Source: Thermoplasmata archaeon (GTDB taxonomy: Archaea; Thermoplasmatota; Thermoplasmata; RBG-16-68-12; JAFNFQ01). Taken from it: a stretch of 64,000 bases of DNA. The notes beneath the pieces are model-generated. The model was not told the origin of the DNA, did not search any database, and worked only from the letters and a program-made list of their open reading frames with translations. The position numbers were made by a program, and so were the translations under genes. Numbering within the stretch: position 1 is the stretch's first letter; each line of letters begins with the position of its first letter. Location: contig JBGPQV010000004.1 in NCBI GenBank assembly GCA_041489255.1, positions 1 to 64,000 of the forward strand. Direction: 5' to 3'. This document shows, one piece after another, positions 58,501-64,000 of the stretch.

Positions 58501-60814
58501 TGCTCGGGACCGAGAATCCCTTGACTTCGACCGTCCACAGCCCGGGCGAGGGGAAATTGACCTCGACCTGCTCGACGTTGTTCTTGCTGTCATAACCGAC
58601 ACGGGTGGGGTCGGTCCAGCCCTTGAGCGGACCGGAGGTGGCGTACTGGTTGCCGTGGAATTCGGCCGACCCGTCTGGATTGCGAACAATCAGGTCCAAA
58701 TTCCTGACGAGATTGAATCCTTGCGCATCAATCCAGACCAGCGTGACTTTCAGCGGGACGTCCGGCGTGGCGATGTTCATGTTGATGGTTGATGGCCTCC
58801 ATGTGCCCGTGGTTGTGAGCAACCCCTCTTCAAACTGGTTGCTTCTGGGTGCGGGCGGGAACAGCGACTGCTGAAGATCGATCCTGCCCCATCCTTGGTC
58901 TATCCCCGGGTACTCGTACAGGTTCTGGTCCATCCTGACGGCCCCGTTGATCAGCATCGCCTTCGCGAGTTGTGAGTTGACGTTGTTGATGCCCCAGATC
59001 TCGCGGAAGTATTCTCTCGTGAGCATGTAGAGTCCCGCCGCCTGCGGCGAGGCCATGGAAGTTCCCTGCATGTAGCGATAGTCGGTGATCCCGTCTTGGC
59101 CAATCCCGGGTATCCTGTAGTCGTACTGGTCGACGCCAAGGATATAATCGGGCTGCGGGACACCCGCACCGCCCGGTCCAGCGTTGTAGAGCCACTCGCC
59201 GACGCCGAGGCCTGAGACGACCGCGGTGCCTATCGCGACGAGGTCCGGCTTGTACCTCTCTCCCGGATTCCCTCGCGAGCTGAAGTCAGCCATGAGGTTC
59301 GGGTTGTCCGCCTCGAACTGGTCTGGCCTGAAGTTCTGCGAGGCGCCGATGCCCAGCCCGTTCTTGGCCTTCGCAATGCCGCTCACGGTGTTGGGATCGG
59401 GTCCGTCGTTCCCGACTGCGAAAAGGATCATCTTGTCGTTTGAGGCATCCATCCTCATGTCGACCGCCATGGCGGTGTTGTCATACACCCTGTTCGGGGT
59501 GCCATAGCTGTTGGTCATCGTCTTCGCGCCGTCCGCGTATTCAAGGTCCCAATATGCCGGGCTTGATGCTATTCCTCCGCCAGAGCCGACGCAGTCGAAC
59601 GAGAGCTTGCCCTCTGGGACGCTGCCTGCCTCGGATTGATCCCATTCCATGTCGTCGGTCGGGAGGCCGTACTGCTTCTCCCACCCATAGCCGTTGGAGA
59701 CGATTATTCCCGCCACGTGCGTGCCGTGCGCGACGCCGTTGGTCCTACCGTCTGGCTGGCTGCACTGCGCGGTCTGCCTCCTCAGGCCCACGACCCTGTC
59801 ACCGAGGGGGCCCTTGAAAGTATCGATCCATCCGTTGTTGGGGGTGTTGAGGTCGAATCCGCTGTCCTGTATCCCAACCACCTCGAAGATATCGTCCGCA
59901 TTCCCCATGATCCCGTCAGGCCCAGGTGAGTGGCCTGTGAGGTTGGACGTGAGGCCGCTCTTGGCCGGACTCCAAGCCTGGTGGAACTTGTGGACCTCCC
60001 CCGCCTGCCAGTCGAGGGTGACCTTCTCGGGAGACCAAAATATCTGTGAAATGTCCGATGACGCCGCTATGTAGGGAATCAGAGAAGAGGGGGCAAACGC
60101 CTCTGCCGTGGTTGGTAGGTTTGACGTCTGAGTCACTTCGGCTCCTCTGCCCTGGAGGATAGATATCAACTGTTCCTCCGTGACTCCGTCATATGCGACC
60201 ACGCTAATCGGTACGATTCCCGTCATCGTGCGAAGTTCAGATTGAATCTTGTATGCCGGCTGGTATTGCCCGACCCAGCCCACGAACGGGAGTTCCTTGA
60301 CAGCGGCGACCTGTTCGTCGCTCATCTTCCCGATATAGGCGTAGTTCTCCGCGTAGTCGCGGAGTGTGACGCCGGTGCTTTCGGCCGCATCGACCCATTC
60401 CGACTTGATCGGCCCGATGAACTGCACGATCCTTTCATCGGATGTGGTCGAGGTGAGGTACCACGGCAGGGAAGGCTCTCCCATCGCCGTATCGAACTCG
60501 TAGCCGGCAGCTTCGAACTTGACCGCCGTCCTCTCCGGCATATCCCTCACGTGGATGCCCAATTCGCCCAGGTACTGGGTTTCGTATTCAGGTCCCTTCA
60601 CGAGATAGTATCCATTATTATAATCCGTGACGACCTTCATTCCGAGAGCTGGCAAGACCTGCATTGAAGCAGTGCTCGCAAAGCTCAGAAGGTATACATT
60701 CTGAGACCCGGTCCCCGCAGGCACCTGGGGGCTGCTACCACCCAGCGTGGCGAGGGGCACTATGGTCAAGGCCATCAACAACACTAGCGCTAGCGCCTTC
60801 TGTTTTGCCCACAT
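55535..60814 (-). CDS. Giant secreted S8 subtilase (KP-43-like) with propeller and C-terminal surface module
   Basis: Catalytic triad in IQDSG, HGTHVAG and GTSMASP, oxyanion motif AVGNDG, a KVTLVW.D...NNVEQV jelly roll, Asp-box SFDGGDTW, and a WNLLSFPS...PGLAYWIYV tail. Confidence 0.92.
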   Translation of the reverse strand: MWAKQKALALVLLMALTIVPLATLGGSSPQVPAGTGSQNVYLLSFASTASMQVLPALGMKVVTDYNNGYYLVKGPEYETQYLGELGIHVRDMPERTAVKFEAAGYEFDTAMGEPSLPWYLTSTTSDERIVQFIGPIKSEWVDAAESTGVTLRDYAENYAYIGKMSDEQVAAVKELPFVGWVGQYQPAYKIQSELRTMTGIVPISVVAYDGVTEEQLISILQGRGAEVTQTSNLPTTAEAFAPSSLIPYIAASSDISQIFWSPEKVTLDWQAGEVHKFHQAWSPAKSGLTSNLTGHSPGPDGIMGNADDIFEVVGIQDSGFDLNTPNNGWIDTFKGPLGDRVVGLRRQTAQCSQPDGRTNGVAHGTHVAGIIVSNGYGWEKQYGLPTDDMEWDQSEAGSVPEGKLSFDCVGSGGGIASSPAYWDLEYADGAKTMTNSYGTPNRVYDNTAMAVDMRMDASNDKMILFAVGNDGPDPNTVSGIAKAKNGLGIGASQNFRPDQFEADNPNLMADFSSRGNPGERYKPDLVAIGTAVVSGLGVGEWLYNAGPGGAGVPQPDYILGVDQYDYRIPGIGQDGITDYRYMQGTSMASPQAAGLYMLTREYFREIWGINNVNSQLAKAMLINGAVRMDQNLYEYPGIDQGWGRIDLQQSLFPPAPRSNQFEEGLLTTTGTWRPSTINMNIATPDVPLKVTLVWIDAQGFNLVRNLDLIVRNPDGSAEFHGNQYATSGPLKGWTDPTRVGYDSKNNVEQVEVNFPSPGLWTVEVKGFSVPSTAKFALVFSADVGPRKTYQVNIESNYPTILSVAPGGTASLPFIVRNFGSAEDTISVSHNAPGTLGVSFDWPVAYFQPGDSKDDLAIFSASVSTPPDLYSFCIKAESGNDTATPKNSGSLCLQVEVLGERLPYARRITNQPIDELDPSVLTFNSSGVNHIFIAYRKTTPIDPLDLLHGGTNVWIANNTLDANHEPAGIWTFTEVSNSNDYPNDLRLLYIDWGPFAGRVVLTWTGQDPTESVPESKPYGRMAFADAPYDTWQLRTIEKNYGSNVYNSARVSFPLFRHAGGPNGTLIWVWEHLDMVSTQSAQTTAVQTHAAFSFDGGDTWGDCYAAPSQCYLIAPRGSSNFYFFPNGMVDQNDVLWVFFYWRMQSSGQGRRLAAALWDGPAWNQGWSNPINIWDAGGSTNIQFPAAVSTNEGSGNKIYVAVTNDAGALDKRLYVLTADGSFGSGLVYPAPRAAASPGVSPDFSTPQGPMGVAVSDANYNRRPVLNVVYTEDGIVWVPYMEAGNIFGVPNMWTWSSTDGFVAERTRTNVTADAFAKGHQMSDTLTIGSKSCVYEVWHENIAPTGEVNYDVYLAIYCAGWQTSPDNQGPITVNQATIPNPYNRTYPSAFRIKADINDISTGYNNISAAQLVPTALSVSDPSMVDWSNAWAMNLTGVDRSPSETAWVWANWTVQGWATGTCHRFWIRGQDELNNWGSGDYVDVCVTQALSKPPPPPVMVKAELTGPGFQDVTLTWGRSFDDGNGVNNVLLYKVWKADSINGPYNIAATVTATHSPTYTWPDTGAGHGEFQNHFYYVQANSSLYDSPPTKLAAKFYRTMSAGGKQLLSFPLLQADYKPSAVFQTLGFDYVRTYDPRDQDQWKSYKVGRQVNDITALDIHQAYWVDMTSGGTMTVAGLVAENVIIQLQGGAWNLLSFPSFNATYTLADLSAALGPVVGAIEVFDPNAGPYYLQRLSPTDWATTVMQPGLAYWIYVSSSTEWAVPAA

Positions 60815-60900
60815 GTCGTCTTTCCTCCTCCGATTGCAGAGGAACCAGAGAAACAAGAAAAACCTTGCAAACTGCTGGTCGTCCGACTAATGATGCCATC

Positions 60901-60907
60901 TATAAAT
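60901..60907 (-). promoter_or_regulatory. TATA box of the S8 gene
   Basis: The minus strand reads ATTTATA about 87 nt upstream of the ATG at 60814. Confidence 0.45.
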
Positions 60908-61223
60908 AGCTTTTCTGGTTTTGAAATCGAAGTCTCTGGAGGCTGGCATCTCGTCTGCGCCGCATTCTGGGGCTTTGCGAAAGGCGCCGCTCCGGGCCCC
61001 GCCTGGAACGGCAATGCCGCCTTCGCCTCTGCCCACATCGTGACGCGCCTCTGCGACAGGAGAGGAACAAGGTGGCTTTGCGGTGAAGTAGATTGTTGTA
61101 CGCCGTTTTTACTGCTATATCAACGTATCCGGGCGCGAGAGTCCAGGTGCCGCTCAAGCGCCAGGCTAGGGCGCCGCCTGCAGACATGCCGGTCCCGGCG
61201 CTTTCGGGCGGGCATCTCCGAAT

Positions 61224-64000
61224 CTACGTTCCCGGGACGTACCACGTGACAGCCGACGAGAGCAGGATCCAGTACGCCTGGCCAGCCTGCATGCACGTCG
61301 TCGACCATTCCGACTGCGCTAACCTCTGGAGGTAGTAGGGTCCCGCTGACGAATCATAGGTCTCGACCGCGTGCACGCTGCCGCCGGCAGCCGCAGCGAA
61401 GTCCCCAAGGGTGTAGTTGGTCCTGAATGACGGGAAGCCGATGAGGTTCCATCCGGCGGGGAGGGTCATCGTGGTGAGGTCTGGGACCAGACCCGCAACA
61501 GTCATCGTACCCGGCGCGGTGAGTTTGACCCAGTAGCCCGACTTGACATCCATCGCGCTGATGTCGTTGATTGCTCTTCCCGGCTTGTAGCTCCTCCACG
61601 GGTCGCCTCCGAGCGAATAGTAGGTCCTGACGGAGGTGAACCCGATTGTCTTCAGAACTTGATTGGGATGGTAGTTTGCCTGGTAGAGCGGGACGGAGAG
61701 GAGGTTGCTGTCGCCGTCGGTCAAAGTCCTGAAGAACTTCGCGGCAAGCTTCGTCGGCAGACTGTCGAACACGCTGTCGTTGGCCTGCACGTAGTAGAAG
61801 AAGAACTGCATGTTGCCATGGCCCGCGTTGATGTCCGTCCATGAATAGGCCGAGGCGCCGGTCGCAGTCACGTTGTAGACGATGAAGTAGGTGCCGCGCG
61901 CGGCGTCTGATTTCCAGACCTTGTAGATCGAGACGTCATTCGCACCCGCGCCATCGTCGAGCGATCTAGACCAGGTGAGGGTGACGTCCTTGTTGTTGGT
62001 GCCCGTCAGCTCGGCCTTCTGCATGACCGGCGGAGGCGGCGGCTTGTCCGGGGCCTGCGTGACGCATACATCGACCATCTCGCCCTGCCCCCACATGCTC
62101 TTGTTGTCCTCCCCGCGGATCCAGAAGCGCCTGCACTCACCCAGGCTCCACAGGGATGGCAGCCAGTTGGCGTAGAGCCAAGCGGTCTCCGTCGGGCTCC
62201 TGTCCACTCCGGTGAGGTTCATGGACCACGCGTTCGACCAGTCGAGGGTCGACGGGTCAGTCACTGTCAGGTCGGTCATCAGGAGCTGTGCCGCGATGAT
62301 GTTGTTGTATCCCGTGTTGATGTCGCTGATGTCCGCCTTTATCTTGAACGTGGGCGAGGGGAATGTCCTGTTGACGGGGTTAGGTAGCGTCGCAAGGTTG
62401 AGCGCCGAAGGCCCGAGGTTGTCAGGCGTGGTGTCCCAGCCCGCGCAGTAGATTGCGAGATACACGTCGTAGTTGACCTCGCCGCTCGGCGCGATGTTCT
62501 CGTGCCAGACCTCGTAGACGCAGCTGCTCACCGGCGTGGTCAACGTATCGGACATCTGATGCCCCTTCGCGAACGCGTCGGCGGAGACAAGCGTCCTGTT
62601 CGGGGCTGTCGCGAACCCGTCCCTGGACGACCAGGTCCACATGTTCGGGACTCCGTAGGGGTTGCCGAGCTCCATGTACGGTATCCACACTATTCCGTCG
62701 TCGGTGTAGACGATGTTGAGCACCGGCCGCCTGTTGTAGTTCGCATCCGACACCGCCACGCCGAAAGGTCCCCTGGGCGACGCGAAGCTTGGGCTCAAGC
62801 CCGGCGATGGCGCGGCTAAAGGAGCCGGGTACACCAGACCGGAACCGTAGTTGCCCTCCGCGTACAACGCGAAGAGCTGCTTGTCCAGCCTGCCCTTGTC
62901 GTTGGTGGCCGCAACATAGACCCTGTTCCCTCCCTCTGGCGTGGACACCACGGCCGGATACTGGATGTTGTTCAAAGTGCCGTCGTCCCAGATGTTGATC
63001 GGCGCCAGCCAGCCCGTGTCCCAAGTCGGCCCGTCCCACAGAGACAGGGCGAGTTTCCTGCCGGCGCTACCGGTGGCAGTCCTCCAGTAGAAGAAGACCC
63101 AGAGCACGTCGTTCTGATCCACCCCGCCGTTCGGGAAGAAGTAGAAGTTGGTGGAGGACGTCGGGGGAGCAATCTTCTTGCACTGCCCGGCTACGCAATC
63201 GCTCCAGGTGTCACCGCCATCGAAAGAGAAGGTGGCATGGACCTGCACGGCGCTTATCTGCGGAGCATCGTAGCTCGTCGAGTCCAGATGTTCCCAGATC
63301 CAAGCCAGCGTGCCGTTCGGGCCGCCAGCATGGCGGAAGATCGGGAAGCTGACCCTGCCGCTGTTGCAGACATTGCTACCGTAGTTCTTCTCCATGGTTC
63401 TGATATTCCAGGTATCGTACGGCGAGTCTGAGAACGCCACGCGGCCCCACGGTACCTTGTTGTCGTCGGGCTCGAGCGGATCTTTCCCAGTCCAGGTAAG
63501 TATGACCCTCCCCGTGAACAGACCCCAATCGATGTACTGGAACCTGAGGTCATTGGGGTAGTCGTTCCAATCGCTCACGACCATGTGCGTCCACGGTCCA
63601 GCGAGTTGATGGTTGACTGTGAGCGTGTTGTGCGCCACCCAGACATTGGTTCCGTTGTGCGAAAGGTCGAGCGGGTTGAGCGGCGTGGTCTTCCTATATG
63701 CGATGAAGACGTGGTAGGTGCCGCTCAGGTTGAACGTCACCACCGACGGGTCCAGTTCATCGACGCTCTCGGTCGTCACCTTCCACCAGTACGGAAGGCG
63801 TTGCGCCAGCACCTCGACTTGCACGCACAGCGTGTCGGAGGCCTTCGGCACGTTCGGGTCGTTGCCCGACTCCGCCTTGATGCAGAAAGAATACATGCCC
63901 GGTGTTGTCCCGGGCGGCGCGTACATTATCGCCATGTTGTCCATCATCTGACCTGTGGTGAAGGTGTTGACCATCCAGTCCATCGTGACCCCTATGGTCG
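61224..64000 (-). CDS. 3' half of a tandem paralog of the giant subtilase (5' part outside the window)
   Basis: Collinear with the C-terminal half of 55535-60814. Identical blocks include YSFCIKAESGND, ADAFAKGHQMSDTLT and GEVNYDVYLAIYCAGW. The protease domain is not visible. Confidence 0.85.
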   Translation of the reverse strand, partial: TIGVTMDWMVNTFTTGQMMDNMAIMYAPPGTTPGMYSFCIKAESGNDPNVPKASDTLCVQVEVLAQRLPYWWKVTTESVDELDPSVVTFNLSGTYHVFIAYRKTTPLNPLDLSHNGTNVWVAHNTLTVNHQLAGPWTHMVVSDWNDYPNDLRFQYIDWGLFTGRVILTWTGKDPLEPDDNKVPWGRVAFSDSPYDTWNIRTMEKNYGSNVCNSGRVSFPIFRHAGGPNGTLAWIWEHLDSTSYDAPQISAVQVHATFSFDGGDTWSDCVAGQCKKIAPPTSSTNFYFFPNGGVDQNDVLWVFFYWRTATGSAGRKLALSLWDGPTWDTGWLAPINIWDDGTLNNIQYPAVVSTPEGGNRVYVAATNDKGRLDKQLFALYAEGNYGSGLVYPAPLAAPSPGLSPSFASPRGPFGVAVSDANYNRRPVLNIVYTDDGIVWIPYMELGNPYGVPNMWTWSSRDGFATAPNRTLVSADAFAKGHQMSDTLTTPVSSCVYEVWHENIAPSGEVNYDVYLAIYCAGWDTTPDNLGPSALNLATLPNPVNRTFPSPTFKIKADISDINTGYNNIIAAQLLMTDLTVTDPSTLDWSNAWSMNLTGVDRSPTETAWLYANWLPSLWSLGECRRFWIRGEDNKSMWGQGEMVDVCVTQAPDKPPPPPVMQKAELTGTNNKDVTLTWSRSLDDGAGANDVSIYKVWKSDAARGTYFIVYNVTATGASAYSWTDINAGHGNMQFFFYYVQANDSVFDSLPTKLAAKFFRTLTDGDSNLLSVPLYQANYHPNQVLKTIGFTSVRTYYSLGGDPWRSYKPGRAINDISAMDVKSGYWVKLTAPGTMTVAGLVPDLTTMTLPAGWNLIGFPSFRTNYTLGDFAAAAGGSVHAVETYDSSAGPYYLQRLAQSEWSTTCMQAGQAYWILLSSAVTWYVPGT

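Overview
GC-rich archaeal chromosome segment. The gene set (thermosome, psmB followed by aCPSF1, CTP-dependent RibK, PRC-barrel, Hef-type helicase, TrmI) and the giant PKD/CARDB/FG-GAP surface proteins point to an uncultured Thermoplasmata lineage (inference). The window opens in the 5' end of a probable IS481-type element. It holds seven large secreted or surface protein genes (the last cut by the right edge), six of them in three neighbouring paralog pairs, between housekeeping blocks (birA, ths, fttA/psmB, ribK, purS/purL/purQ, ABC exporter, marC, trmI). The most unusual part is 32.9-36.7 kb. There, three orphan copies of the 3' end of the upstream PKD gene, aligned on the same PKD motif, alternate with unrelated cargo: gene fragments, an array of about 27 degenerate 21-nt units, a membrane protein, and a hicBA module with a frameshifted toxin. 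Other highlights: a tandem active plus inactive Cas4-like nuclease facing a nuclease-less Hef helicase with a PIP box; two coiled-coil plus winged-helix paralogs; a C-terminal module shared by four secreted proteins; and an orphan AAA+ ATPase splitting the pur cluster. No tRNA, rRNA or CRISPR array was recognised. All calls come from reading motifs by eye; no database searches were run.
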